DNA from: Abditibacterium sp.
GTDB taxonomy: Bacteria; Armatimonadota; Abditibacteriia; Abditibacteriales; Abditibacteriaceae
Assembly: GCA_965246885.1 (NCBI GenBank)
Contig: OZ251992.1
Coordinates: forward strand, 2,400,001-2,464,000
DNA: 64,000 nucleotides
Direction: 5' to 3'
Shown here: positions 39,494-49,420 of the stretch, one piece after another
How positions within the stretch are numbered: position 1 is the stretch's first letter
Layout: every line of letters starts with the position of its first letter
Translations under genes and position numbers: made by a program
The notes under the pieces: model-generated
Told to the model about the DNA's origin: nothing
Seen by the model: only the letters and a program-made list of their open reading frames with translations
The model's database searches: none

Positions 39494-39525
39494 CCGTAGG
39501 GGCACGGCAAGCCATGTCCCTACGG
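39494..39525. repeat. GTAG-type REP palindrome
   Basis: CCGTAGGGGCACGGCAAGCCATGTCCCTACGG. Confidence 0.65.
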
Positions 39526-39550
39526 TGGCGCGATTGGGAAACTGCAAGCC

Positions 39551-40123
39551 ATGTTTTTAGTCGTCGGATTGGGCAACCCCGGAACGCAATACGCGCGCAC
39601 GCGCCACAACGCCGGGTGGTTCGTGATAGACGAACTCGCGCGGCGCCATGCCATCGAACTGGTCAAAAAGAACGCGGACACCAAAGTCGGTTTGGGAATG
39701 ATGGGCGACGCGAAGATCGCGCTCGTCAAGCCGCAGACCTTTATGAACGATTCGGGCCGCGCGGTGCAATCGCTCAAGAATTTCTATCGCGTCGAGTTGG
39801 AGCAGATTCTGGTGCTGAGCGACGACCTGAACCTGCCGCTTGGCAAGCTGCGCTTTCGCGGCGGCGGGTCAGACGGCGGACACAACGGCCTGAAGTCCGT
39901 CGCGCAAATGCTTGGCTCCAAGGAGTACCCGCGCCTGCGCTTTGGCGTGGGCGAGCCGCCCGATGTCGAGCGCGCGCAAGCGGGCACGGCGGGCTTTGTC
40001 CTGCGCCCCTTTTCGCCCGATGAGTGGCCTCAAGTCGAGGCCACGACACGCCGCGCGGCGGACGGCGTCGAATGTTTTGTGCGCGACGGTCTGGCACTCG
40101 CCATGAACCGCTTCAACGTTTGA
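39551..40123 (+). CDS. pth: Peptidyl-tRNA hydrolase
   Basis: VVGLGNPG..TRHNAG, KPQTFMNDSG, GGHNGLKS. Confidence 0.97.
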   Translation: MFLVVGLGNPGTQYARTRHNAGWFVIDELARRHAIELVKKNADTKVGLGMMGDAKIALVKPQTFMNDSGRAVQSLKNFYRVELEQILVLSDDLNLPLGKLRFRGGGSDGGHNGLKSVAQMLGSKEYPRLRFGVGEPPDVERAQAGTAGFVLRPFSPDEWPQVEATTRRAADGVECFVRDGLALAMNRFNV

Positions 40124-40197
40124 GCGGGGCGAATGCTGATGGCTTGAAATTCTAACCCGTAAAGTAGACGTGGTGTCCGGGAGGACACTTGGCGTAG

Positions 40198-40269
40198 CCG
40201 GATGCCGGGGATTTTATATCCCCGACGGCGCCCCAAGCCAACCGGGGATATAAAATCCCCGGCATCCGG
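40198..40269. repeat. Perfect 27-bp inverted repeat with internal hairpins (REP-like)
   Basis: CCGGATGCCGGGGATTTTATATCCCCG ... CGGGGATATAAAATCCCCGGCATCCGG. Confidence 0.8.
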
Positions 40270-40393
40270 GCGCAAGCGCCCAAGCGTCCTGCCGGACGCG
40301 GCACCTATCGGTTAGGATGGCAAGCCTCAACATTTGCCCCACTCGCTCCCAACCCTGAACCGCCCGCCCGCTCTATTCGTTCAACCTTGTGCC

Positions 40394-40861
40394 ATGAGAA
40401 AAATCCTGCTGTTGTCCCTACTGCTTGTGCCCGCCCTCGCGCAAGCCAAGCCCGCCAAAAAAGCCGCGCCCAAAACGAGCGGCGCCGTGTGGCGCACCGA
40501 CTTCGACGCCGCGCTCAAAGAAGCGCGCCGCACGCACAAGCCCGTCTTCGTGGACATTTACACCGATTGGTGCGGGCCGTGCAAATACCTCGACGCGACG
40601 ACCTACAAAGACCCCAAGTTCGTGCGCGCCGCGCGCGGGTGGGTGCTGGTCAAAGTCAACGCCGAGAAAGGCGCGCGCAACATCCAAATCGCCCAGAAGT
40701 ATCAGCCCGAAGGCTACCCGACGCTCCTGATGCTCGACGCGCACGGCAAAAAGCTGAACAAACTGACGGGCGCATATCCGGCGGAACTGTTGGTCCCCGA
40801 AATGCAAAAAGCGCAGGGCGGCGTGTCGGCCCGGAACTCCGTCGCGCCGCGCGTGGGTTAA
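40394..40861 (+). CDS. Exported thioredoxin-family protein
   Basis: Signal peptide, YTDWCGPCK, GYPT. Confidence 0.88.
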   Translation: MRKILLLSLLLVPALAQAKPAKKAAPKTSGAVWRTDFDAALKEARRTHKPVFVDIYTDWCGPCKYLDATTYKDPKFVRAARGWVLVKVNAEKGARNIQIAQKYQPEGYPTLLMLDAHGKKLNKLTGAYPAELLVPEMQKAQGGVSARNSVAPRVG

Positions 40862-40864
40862 GCC

Positions 40865-41500
40865 ATGCAAGTCAAAATCTGCGGGACAACCTCGGTCGAA
40901 GACGCGCGCTTCGCCTTGGATGCGGGAGCGGATTGGGTCGGCGTCATCGTCCATCACCCGCCCTCCCCGCGCAACGTGTCGCTCCAAACCGCGCGCGAAA
41001 TCAAAGCCGTCGTCGGGCGACGACTCGTTTTGCTGACGGTCGGTCAATCCCTCCCCGACCTGCGCGACTTGAGCGCGCTCCTCGCGCCGGAAATCCTCCA
41101 ACTACACGGCGACGAAACGCCCAAGTTAGTCGCGGGTTTGGCCAACAGCCGTCTGCGCGTGTGGAAAGCGATTCATGGCGACGGCGCGCAGCTATTGGAG
41201 CAAGCCCGCCAATACCGCGACGCGGGCGCCGAAGCCCTCGTAGTGGACGCGCGCGACGCCGGGGCAAGCGGGACGGTGTATGGCGGGACGGGCAAAGTCG
41301 CCGACTGGAACGCCGCGCGTCAGTTGGTGGACGACGGTTTCCGCGTGGTTCTGGCGGGCGGCCTTGATCCCGACAACGTGGCGCGCGCCGTCGCAACTGT
41401 TAATCCATTCGGCGTGGACTGCGTGTCCGGCGTCGAAAGCGCCAAGGGCGTCAAAGACGCGGAGAAGGTGCGGGCGTTTGTGGCCGCGGCGCGCGAATAA
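40865..41500 (+). CDS. trpF: Phosphoribosylanthranilate isomerase
   Basis: VKICG, QLHGDET, GGTG..DW, LAGGLDPDNV, GVDCVSGVE. Confidence 0.95.
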   Translation: MQVKICGTTSVEDARFALDAGADWVGVIVHHPPSPRNVSLQTAREIKAVVGRRLVLLTVGQSLPDLRDLSALLAPEILQLHGDETPKLVAGLANSRLRVWKAIHGDGAQLLEQARQYRDAGAEALVVDARDAGASGTVYGGTGKVADWNAARQLVDDGFRVVLAGGLDPDNVARAVATVNPFGVDCVSGVESAKGVKDAEKVRAFVAAARE

Positions 41501-41503
41501 GGC

Positions 41504-42907
41504 TCACTTCGCCCCCTGCGCCGCAACGATGGCGGCGCGAGTTTTGGCGTAGTCGTCTTGGTGGAACTTGGCGACAACCGAATCCTTGGGAATGAGCGCG
41601 ATGGCGCGGTCTATATCGGTGAGAGCGACGGCGTAATTTTTCTGCGCCAATTCAATATCGGCGCGGATGGCGACGAGCGAATCGTCGGCGGGACTGAGCG
41701 CGATGAGCCGGTCCGCTTCGGCAAGGGCGCGTGCTTTGTCGGGCGAATTGCGCAGCGCCAGCAAGCGGGAGAACTGCAAATTGGCGGTGAGTTTGTCGTT
41801 GGGGTGGAGCGCGCACAGGTGGTCGTAATCGGCGAGCGCGTGGGGGGCGTCTTGCTTATACGAGTAGATGCCCGCGCGCAAAGTGAGCGCGTCGGTGTCG
41901 TCGGGGCGCCCCGCGAGGGCGTTGTTGAGGTCGAGGAGCGCGAGATCGCGTCGCCCATCGGAGTAGTCGGCATAGGCGGCAGCGCGCGCGGCGAGGGCGG
42001 AGAAGTTGTGCGGCGCGACTTTCAAAGCCGCCGTGTAAGCGTCCACGACGCCCTGATGGATGGCACTCTTTTGGGCGTCGGTCGAATACGTCGCGGCGTC
42101 GAGTTGGCGTTGCAAGTCGGCGCGGGCCAGCAGCAGTTCGAGGTTATTGGGCGAACGCTCCAGCGAATGAACGAGAAGCGCGATGCCCTTGCGGAGATTG
42201 CCCGTGCTGTCAAAGCCACTGTAGTTGCTCGCGTTGAAAATATCGGCGCGCGCGGCGAACGCGGGGTCGGCGGCAATAGCGGCGGCGAAGTCGGCGTCCG
42301 CTTGCGCCCATTCGGTGGGATATTCTTTGCGCGCATCTTCGACCGTGCCCCCGAAATTGCTTGCCGGATGCCGACGGATGCCCGCCACGCCGCGCCCGAA
42401 CAAACTGGCGGCATCGGTTGGGCGCGCCCGAACGAGCAAGTCCCACGCGCGAAACGGCCCGGCCCAACGCGGCCCCGCGAATTTGACGGCGTCGCTCGCG
42501 GCTTGGGCTTGCGCTTTGAGTTCGGCGAAACCCGCATCCGACAAGCGCAAGAAAGCGACTTCATCGGTGTCGGCCTCGCCAACGTAGCCCCTTTTTCCAT
42601 ACATCGCGGCGCGCAACCGGAGGGCGTCGGCGTTCTTGGGCTGAAGTTCGAGCAAGTGCGACAGCGTTTTGATGGCGCCCGCGAAGTCTTCTTTCTGGGC
42701 GCTCACGATGGAGCGCGCAGTCAGGAATTGGATGTTATCCGGCTCCAATGCGAGGGCGGCGTCGAGTTCAGTCGCGGCTTTGTCGAAGTCGCGGGCATTG
42801 GCGGCGGTTTGCGCGGCCTGAAAGTGCGTGGCGCCATCGGCAGCAAAGGCCAACGGGCAAAGCGCGAAAGTCGCGGCGAGGGCGAAGGAGCAGGCGAGGC
42901 GGATCAT
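41504..42907 (-). CDS. Exported TPR-repeat protein
   Basis: Signal peptide; repeated A..D...A..L.P helices. Confidence 0.8.
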   Translation of the reverse strand: MIRLACSFALAATFALCPLAFAADGATHFQAAQTAANARDFDKAATELDAALALEPDNIQFLTARSIVSAQKEDFAGAIKTLSHLLELQPKNADALRLRAAMYGKRGYVGEADTDEVAFLRLSDAGFAELKAQAQAASDAVKFAGPRWAGPFRAWDLLVRARPTDAASLFGRGVAGIRRHPASNFGGTVEDARKEYPTEWAQADADFAAAIAADPAFAARADIFNASNYSGFDSTGNLRKGIALLVHSLERSPNNLELLLARADLQRQLDAATYSTDAQKSAIHQGVVDAYTAALKVAPHNFSALAARAAAYADYSDGRRDLALLDLNNALAGRPDDTDALTLRAGIYSYKQDAPHALADYDHLCALHPNDKLTANLQFSRLLALRNSPDKARALAEADRLIALSPADDSLVAIRADIELAQKNYAVALTDIDRAIALIPKDSVVAKFHQDDYAKTRAAIVAAQGAK

Positions 42908-42940
42908 TGCGAGTATTTTGACAGAAATTGGCCAGCCGAC

Positions 42941-43861
42941 TCAGGCAGGCACTTCCGCCGAACTGCGCAACTCCCCCAATCCCTCCAAGTCGCTCCAATG
43001 GTGTTTGGATTTCCATCCTAACAGTTCACCTGCGCGCCGCGAGTCCCAGCCGCCATGCGCTGGGTCGTAACCATCCGCGACGGCGGCATCGAACGACGGG
43101 AGCATGGCCGGGTAATGCCGCTCCAACAGGGCGCGGTAGGGCCACGCCGACCAGTAATCTTGCGCGGCGAGGGTGACGACGTGCGCGCCGGACTCGACGC
43201 GCTCCAACGCCAAACGGAACGCGCGCGCGGCGTCGCGGCGCTCGACGTAGCCCCACAAGTCGCGGCTTTTCCACTCGCCGCGCTCCAAACTGCGCCGCAG
43301 CCAAGGATGAATCTCTTCGAGCGAGTGAACGGCGCACAAGCGCAGGCACACACTGGCGATGCCACAACGCCGGTTATACATGGCGGCGGTCGCCTCGTTG
43401 CACCCTTTGGAAAGCCCATACAGGTCGCGGTTTTCGATGGGATGGTCTTCGGTGATGGGCAAAAAGCGCGGGCCGATGACTTCTTCGCCAAAGGGCACAT
43501 TCTGAAAAGCGAAACCGAAGATGGAGCAACTCGACGCGAGCGCGACGCGGCGCACGTCATATGCCTCACACGCCGCGAACACCAGTTGCGTGCCCAAAAC
43601 GTTGGGCGCGAACAGCGAGAGGTCGTTGCCATGCACCGGGTTGGGAATAGCCGCAAGGTGCGCGACGGCTTCAACGCCCTCGACCGCGCGTAGCACCGCG
43701 TAGCGGTCGGTCAGGTCGCCCAAGTGCATTTCGCACCGCTCGCGCAAGTCGCGCGGTAGGGGCGCTCGGTCAAAAGCGCGGATTTCGTGCCCCGCGTCCA
43801 GCAGTTCCCGCGCAACGGCCCCGCCCACTCCCCCGGCGGCGCCGGTTACTAAAATTTTCAT
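42941..43861 (-). CDS. NAD-dependent epimerase/dehydratase
   Basis: VTGAAGGVG, HLAAIP, ASS, YGLSK. Confidence 0.9.
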   Translation of the reverse strand: MKILVTGAAGGVGGAVARELLDAGHEIRAFDRAPLPRDLRERCEMHLGDLTDRYAVLRAVEGVEAVAHLAAIPNPVHGNDLSLFAPNVLGTQLVFAACEAYDVRRVALASSCSIFGFAFQNVPFGEEVIGPRFLPITEDHPIENRDLYGLSKGCNEATAAMYNRRCGIASVCLRLCAVHSLEEIHPWLRRSLERGEWKSRDLWGYVERRDAARAFRLALERVESGAHVVTLAAQDYWSAWPYRALLERHYPAMLPSFDAAVADGYDPAHGGWDSRRAGELLGWKSKHHWSDLEGLGELRSSAEVPA

Positions 43862-43877
43862 GGCGCTTTGGTTTACA

Positions 43878-43991
43878 TGCCCGGCGACTGAAGTCGCGGC
43901 AACTCACGGCAAAGCCTCCCTGCGGAGGCTGGAAGTGCAGTCGGCGAAGGCCGACTTTGCCGTGAGTTGCCGCGACTTCAGTCGCCGGGCA
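43878..43991. repeat. REP doublet / REPIN-like element, copy 2
   Basis: Approximately the reverse complement of 35677-35800. Confidence 0.8.
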
Positions 43992-44003
43992 AAGGGGGCA
44001 TGG

Positions 44004-45356
44004 CTACTCCTCGCGCGGCGGCGAGCCGCGAAAGGCGTCCTTTTGCGCGACTGCCGGAAGCGAAACGGCCCGCCCTTCGCGCGCCGAGCGGTAAATGGCT
44101 TCCATGATGCGGTGGTCTTGCAAGCCTTCTTCGCCGGGGGTGTAAGGGCGCTTGCCCTCAATGACGCACTCGGCCATGTGATCCATTTCGAGCGCGAACT
44201 GGTTCTTTTCTTCCATGCTGACTTCCTCGCGGCGCTCGATGCGCCCCTGCGCGAAGGAGGTCTGCATCTTGAGGCCAGAGTAGGAAAACGCCGGGTCAAG
44301 GCCGAAGGTGCCGCGCTCCTGTAACACGCGGTAGCGGCGTGTTTCGTGGTGGCCGTAGCCAGTCACGCAGTTCGCTTGCACGCCCGATGGAAAGCGCATT
44401 TGCCACAAACAGTTCTCCTCGACTTCGCGGAAGCGCGGGTCGCCGGGCGTAGAATACGTCGAGGCCATCACTTCCACCGGCTCTTCGCCGAGCAGAAAGC
44501 GCGAGGTGTTGAGGCAATACAAGCCGACATCGGGGAGCGAGCCGCCGCCCGCGAGCGCGCGCTTTTGGCGCCACTGGTTCGGGTCGCCTTGGTTTTGGCC
44601 ATTGACGGCTTCGATAATCTTGGTCTGGCCGAACGCCGCTTCGCGCACCATGCGTTGCGCCAAGCGGTTGTGCGGCTCGTATTGGATGCGGTAAGCGATC
44701 ATCAGCAGCCGATTGGCGGCGGCGCTCGCGGCGACCATGCGCGCCGCCGACTCGGAACTGACCGACATCGGCTTTTCGCACAGGACGTGCTTTCCGGCGC
44801 GCGTGGCGCGCACGGTGTATTCCTCGTGCAGAGCATTGGGAAGCACGACATACACCACGTCCACCGTCGGGTCGTCGCGCAAGCGGTCGAAGCCCGCGTA
44901 GGAGTAGACGTGATTGGCGCCAATTCCATACTCTGCCGCAAGGGTACGGGCTTTGTCCGGCTTGCCCGACACCAGCGCGGCGAGCTTCGCCTTTTTGCAG
45001 TTGCCGAAAGCGGGCAGGATTTGGCGAATCGAAAGCTCGCCCAACCCGACGACGGCGAAGCCGACGCGTTGCGCGGGCGGAAGCGGTTGCGGCGGCGGGC
45101 CGGATTGCCGCTCGGTCGGCGCGTTTTGATTGGGCACGCGGAGGGGCGGCTGGGGCTGGGCCGGTTGGCGCGCGGGGTTGCCCGACGCGGGTGCAGGCAA
45201 GCGCGGTTGGGCATTGGCGAGGGAGGACAGCCCCGTCGCGGTGGTCGCGGCAGCAGCCGCAGCGATGAACGCGCGGCGGGAAGTCTTAGCGTCGTTGGGC
45301 GCGGGGGCGGAGGGAACATCCGCGTCGGGGCTGGAGTCGAAATGCTGGTCTTGCAT
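44004..45356 (-). CDS. Gfo/Idh/MocA oxidoreductase (glucose-fructose oxidoreductase-like), Tat signal
   Basis: SRRAFIAAAAA, GFAVVGLG, GKHVLCEKPM, GGGSLPDVGLYCLN. Confidence 0.9.
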   Translation of the reverse strand: MQDQHFDSSPDADVPSAPAPNDAKTSRRAFIAAAAAATTATGLSSLANAQPRLPAPASGNPARQPAQPQPPLRVPNQNAPTERQSGPPPQPLPPAQRVGFAVVGLGELSIRQILPAFGNCKKAKLAALVSGKPDKARTLAAEYGIGANHVYSYAGFDRLRDDPTVDVVYVVLPNALHEEYTVRATRAGKHVLCEKPMSVSSESAARMVAASAAANRLLMIAYRIQYEPHNRLAQRMVREAAFGQTKIIEAVNGQNQGDPNQWRQKRALAGGGSLPDVGLYCLNTSRFLLGEEPVEVMASTYSTPGDPRFREVEENCLWQMRFPSGVQANCVTGYGHHETRRYRVLQERGTFGLDPAFSYSGLKMQTSFAQGRIERREEVSMEEKNQFALEMDHMAECVIEGKRPYTPGEEGLQDHRIMEAIYRSAREGRAVSLPAVAQKDAFRGSPPREE

Positions 45357-45425
45357 AATCCCCGCGCGCCTTCGCAAGGGCCGCGCCAGAAACCCGCCCC
45401 GCCCGTACGGGTCATACAACTTCCA

Positions 45426-46169
45426 ATGAAATTCCACCGCTTCCTCGCACCCGCCGCCTTGCTTCTCGCCCTCGGAGGGGCGCGCAGTGCATGCGCACAA
45501 ATCGCCGCGCCGTATCCCCGCGTCTTCGCCGCGCCGTATCCCCGCGTCTTCGCCGGGGAGCGTGGCCAAACCCTGCTCAAAGTCGTGCCGGACAAGCACT
45601 CCATGACCGGCGCTACCGCCACGCTCACCCGCTTCAACACCGACGGCACGGAAGAGGTCTTATGGAACAAACCGCTCGTCAACCTCCCCGGCGGCGTGTT
45701 ACTATCCAACGACTACAACCCCTACCTCGTCACCACCGACTCGTGGGGCAACGCGGGCGGCGCACACGCGCTCGTCATTTACAACCCCAAAGGAGAAGTC
45801 GTCGCCGACCTCAAGGGCGACGACTTCCTGCCGCCCGTCGTCAAGCCGCCGCACAAGGCGGGCGAACCCTTCACCATCGTCATGGACGGCGGCGGGCGCC
45901 AATGGACGAACAACGCCGAACTTTCCTTCGAGCCGCGCTTCGATCCCACCACGCTCGTTGTGCAACTGTTCCATGGGAAACCAATACCCGTCGCCTTGCA
46001 AAACGGAAACACCAAGTCAGTGGGCGACTTGCGTCAGCGCGGCAACCAGATTCGCGTTGACATCAAAACGGGCGCCATCACACAGGTAACTCCAGAGCAA
46101 CTCGACGAAGAAGAAATGACGTCGCACATAACGCACTGGTTTTCGGTAGTGCCTGTTGGTTTCAAGTGA
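45426..46169 (+). CDS. Hypothetical exported protein
   Basis: Signal peptide MKFHRFLAPAALLLAL; contains a 24-bp duplication. Confidence 0.7.
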   Translation: MKFHRFLAPAALLLALGGARSACAQIAAPYPRVFAAPYPRVFAGERGQTLLKVVPDKHSMTGATATLTRFNTDGTEEVLWNKPLVNLPGGVLLSNDYNPYLVTTDSWGNAGGAHALVIYNPKGEVVADLKGDDFLPPVVKPPHKAGEPFTIVMDGGGRQWTNNAELSFEPRFDPTTLVVQLFHGKPIPVALQNGNTKSVGDLRQRGNQIRVDIKTGAITQVTPEQLDEEEMTSHITHWFSVVPVGFK

Positions 46170-46229
46170 TAAAAAGGCGGGGCCAGACGCAATCCACCTG
46201 CGTCTTTGGCGGGCGCGTTTCTTACCCTT

Positions 46230-46811
46230 ATGGCTTTCACTCTCGAACTCGGCGACATGGCGCCCGACTTTGCCTTGCCCGCGACGGACGGCAAGAGCTA
46301 TTCCCTCGCCGATTTCGCCGCCGCGCCCGTGTTGGTTGTGGCATTCACCTGCAACCACTGCCCTTACGTCGTCAACTCCGAGGAGCGCATCCTCGCCTTT
46401 GACCGCGACTACGCCCCGCGCGGCGTCCGGTTGGTGTGCATCAACTCCAACGCCGAGACGACCTACGCCGATGACGATTTTCCGCACATGGTTGAGCGCG
46501 CGCGCGAACGCGGCTTTGCGTTTCCGTATCTGCGCGACGAATCGCAGGAGGTCGCCCTCGCGTATGGCGCGCTCCGCACGCCGCATTATTTCGTCTTCGA
46601 CGCGGAGCGGAAGCTGCGCTATACCGGCAGGATGGACGATCGCCCGCGTCACCCCGGCGAAGAAACCACGCGCGAACTGCGCGATGCTGTCGAGGACTTG
46701 CTCCAAGGGCGCGAGGTCGCGGTTCCGCTCACCAACCCCATCGGCTGCAACGTGAAATGGCGCGGCCAAGACAAGCACTGGATGCCTGCGCTCGCGTGCG
46801 ACTTGGTCTGA
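46230..46811 (+). CDS. Thioredoxin/peroxiredoxin-like (AhpC/TSA-like) protein
   Basis: [31 protein letters not shown]. Confidence 0.9.
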   Translation: MAFTLELGDMAPDFALPATDGKSYSLADFAAAPVLVVAFTCNHCPYVVNSEERILAFDRDYAPRGVRLVCINSNAETTYADDDFPHMVERARERGFAFPYLRDESQEVALAYGALRTPHYFVFDAERKLRYTGRMDDRPRHPGEETTRELRDAVEDLLQGREVAVPLTNPIGCNVKWRGQDKHWMPALACDLV

Positions 46812-46858
46812 AGCCGCCCCGACTGTGACAATTTGAGGGATAACCTCCCTCCGTGTTT

Positions 46859-46884
46859 GGAACTTTGCCAGCGTGCCTTGCGTT
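46859..46884 (+). promoter_or_regulatory. Candidate ECF-type promoter
   Basis: GGAAC-N17-CGTT upstream of the sigma-70 paralog. Confidence 0.45.
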
Positions 46885-47006
46885 AGTTGTTAGGCGCGGC
46901 GCTAAGACTACCCAAAAACGAGCACGAGTGTTTCTAATACTTTACCCTCCCTTCCCCCGACCTATATGAAATTGCGCGCCCGCCAAGGAATGACACTCTG
47001 AAAAAA

Positions 47007-47894
47007 ATGAGCAAACAATACCCGACCGGACAGACCTCTCGTGGTGTGGAAGCGACCTCTTCCGCCCTACCCGACGCTGTGGCGGCTTGGGTGAAGATGG
47101 CCCAGAAAACGCCGCTTCTCACCGCCGCCGAAGAAAAAGAATTGGGCCGCCGCATCGCTAAAGGAGACGAACCCGCCTACAAACGCATGGTCGAGGCCAA
47201 CCTGCGCCTCGTCATCACGATGGCGCTCAAGCAACTGCACCAAGGGCACAATCACTCGCTCACTCTGGCCGACCTCATCCAAGAAGGGAACTTTGGCCTG
47301 ATGCGCGCCGCCCGCAAGTTCGATCCCGCGCTGGGCTACCGCTTTTCGACGTACGCTTCGTTCTGGATTCGCCAAGCCATGAGCCGCGCCATCGCCGACC
47401 AAGCGAAGATGGTGCGCGTCCCCGCGCATATCGCGGAACTGACCAAGACCGCTTATCGTACCATCGCCACGCTTGTGCAATCGTTGGGGCGCCAACCGAC
47501 CGTCGAAGAACTCGCCGAGAAGCTGCAAGTCACCAAAGAAACCGCCGAACTGGTTCTCAAGAACATGGCGGAAACCTTCTCGCTCGACGACGAGATCGGC
47601 GACAGTGGCGACGGCGAGGATTTCGTGGATATGCTGCGCGACGTGGATGCCATTGTCCCCGAAGAAGCCGCCGAAACCGCCATCCTGCGCGAGGAAGTGC
47701 GCCGCGCCTTGGACGAACTGACCGAGCGGGAGCGCGAAGTCGTCAACATGCGCTACGGACTTTCTGGCGGACGCGCGCACACTCTGCAAGAACTGGGCGC
47801 CTACTTCAAAGTTTCGCGCGAGCGCGTGCGCCAAATCGAAGGGCAGGCGCTGCGCAAGCTGCGCAAGGGCGGCCTGAGCGAAGCGGTCAACTAA
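47007..47894 (+). CDS. Sigma-70 family factor (RpoD/SigA-like, no region 1.1)
   Basis: PLLTAAEE, ANLRLV, DLIQEGNFGL, RFSTYASFWIRQA, SRERVRQIE. Confidence 0.92.
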   Translation: MSKQYPTGQTSRGVEATSSALPDAVAAWVKMAQKTPLLTAAEEKELGRRIAKGDEPAYKRMVEANLRLVITMALKQLHQGHNHSLTLADLIQEGNFGLMRAARKFDPALGYRFSTYASFWIRQAMSRAIADQAKMVRVPAHIAELTKTAYRTIATLVQSLGRQPTVEELAEKLQVTKETAELVLKNMAETFSLDDEIGDSGDGEDFVDMLRDVDAIVPEEAAETAILREEVRRALDELTEREREVVNMRYGLSGGRAHTLQELGAYFKVSRERVRQIEGQALRKLRKGGLSEAVN

Positions 47895-48003
47895 ACAACT
47901 CCATAAACCACCCATCGGCCCGCGAACTCGATTCGCGGGCTTTTCGTTTGGAAAGAGCCATGCCTCAAGAGCCGGAAACTGATTTGCAGAAGCAGTGAGT
48001 TCT

Positions 48004-48903
48004 ATGGGAATCCAACTCAAACCCTTAAACGAACAGGTCGTTGTGCTCACGGGCGCAACCAGCGGCATTGGACTGGCAACGGCGCACTCGCTCGCCAAAG
48101 CCGGAGCCAAGGTAGTGCTCGTGGCGCGCAACGCGCAGGCGCTACAAAAGGTCGCCGACGAGATTAGCGCCAATGGCGGACAAGTCGCCTACGTCGCCGC
48201 CGATGTCGCCGACAAAAGCGCGCTCGCGGGCGCGGCGCAAACGGCCTTAGATACTTTCGGGCGCATTGACACGTGGATTAACGACGCGGGTCTGGGCATG
48301 ATTGGGCGCTTGCAAGACGGCTCCGACGAAGACCACCGCCGCTTGTTCGAGACGAACTTCTGGGGTCTTGTTTACGGCTCTCTCATCGCCTTGCCACATT
48401 TAAAACACAACGGCGGCGCCCTCATCAACGTGGGCAGCGAAGTCTCCGAAGCCGTCATCCCCCTCCAAGGAATGTATGCGACCACCAAACACGCCGTCAA
48501 GGGCTTCACCGACGCCCTGCGCGTGGAGTTACAAGTCGAGGAAGCGCCCGTCTCCGTCACGCTGATTCAGCCCACTGCCGTTGACACGCCCTTCCCGCAG
48601 CACGCGCGCAACATCACCGACCAAGAGCCAAAGCTCCCCGACCCGATGATCGAGGCCCAGCAGGTCGCCGATGCCATCTTGCACGCTTGCGCCAACCCCG
48701 ACCGCGACGTGAAAGTGGGCGCCATGTCGGTGATGAACACCTTTATGCACAACTTCCTGCCCAAGGTGGGCGAGAAAATGGCGACTGCCCAACAAGACCG
48801 CCAGCACTACGACGAGCCGCCCCGCGACCCTCAAGGTTCCCTCTACTCTCCCGCCGCCGACGGCGACGGGCAGGTAAAGGGGTCGGGCGGTGTGCAAAAA
48901 TAA
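48004..48903 (+). CDS. Short-chain dehydrogenase/reductase
   Basis: TGATSGIG, IDTWINDAG, YATTKHA. Confidence 0.92.
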   Translation: MGIQLKPLNEQVVVLTGATSGIGLATAHSLAKAGAKVVLVARNAQALQKVADEISANGGQVAYVAADVADKSALAGAAQTALDTFGRIDTWINDAGLGMIGRLQDGSDEDHRRLFETNFWGLVYGSLIALPHLKHNGGALINVGSEVSEAVIPLQGMYATTKHAVKGFTDALRVELQVEEAPVSVTLIQPTAVDTPFPQHARNITDQEPKLPDPMIEAQQVADAILHACANPDRDVKVGAMSVMNTFMHNFLPKVGEKMATAQQDRQHYDEPPRDPQGSLYSPAADGDGQVKGSGGVQK

Positions 48904-49239
48904 AGGCTCGTTGGGGCACAACCATTCGAGGCGGCGCCAAACGAAGAAACAGCAATGAAGAAGTGCCCGTTGTGTGGTTACGTGATGGAAGCCTTTGACC
49001 GCGAGTGTTTGCGCTGCAAAGGTAGGGGCGTCGCAGTTCCGGCACAGTCCACCCCTGCTCCGGGGGCGCCCACCCCCGCCCCACGCCACTCAACAGACTC
49101 ATTTCATCCGCCGCTCCCGCGCCACCACTTGGCCCCACTGGGGCGCCGCCTTTTTTTCTGGCCGCCCTCGAAAACACCTTTGGCAAGCCCAAACTGTCCC
49201 GCTTTTACGCCGATGCCGACGTGCTGCTGTTCATTTTCT

Positions 49240-49420
49240 CTGGGCCATATCACGCAGGAGTCAACTACCCCTTAGCAAGCTAAGGGGCTTGTCCCTAATC
49301 CATCAGGATTGAGACATTAGGGCCGTTGACACGGCCCCGCTACCCTCAGATTTACCGAGAGTAGCAAGGTATTTGAAACCTATATTTCTGCTGGCGTTTA
49401 GGTCAGCGTTCAATTCAAAG
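49240..49420 (-). ncRNA. Predicted TnpB omega/reRNA (5' boundary approximate)
   Basis: Inferred from the known architecture: scaffold spans tnpB 3' end and right end, guide comes from flanking DNA. Confidence 0.45.

Noticed and set aside
44346..45425. N-terminal 360 aa of the 607-aa ORF, and upstream extensions at 35652, 37055, 38250 and 56869
   Set aside because: They overlap other genes or repeats; real starts lie downstream at signal peptides or conserved N-termini
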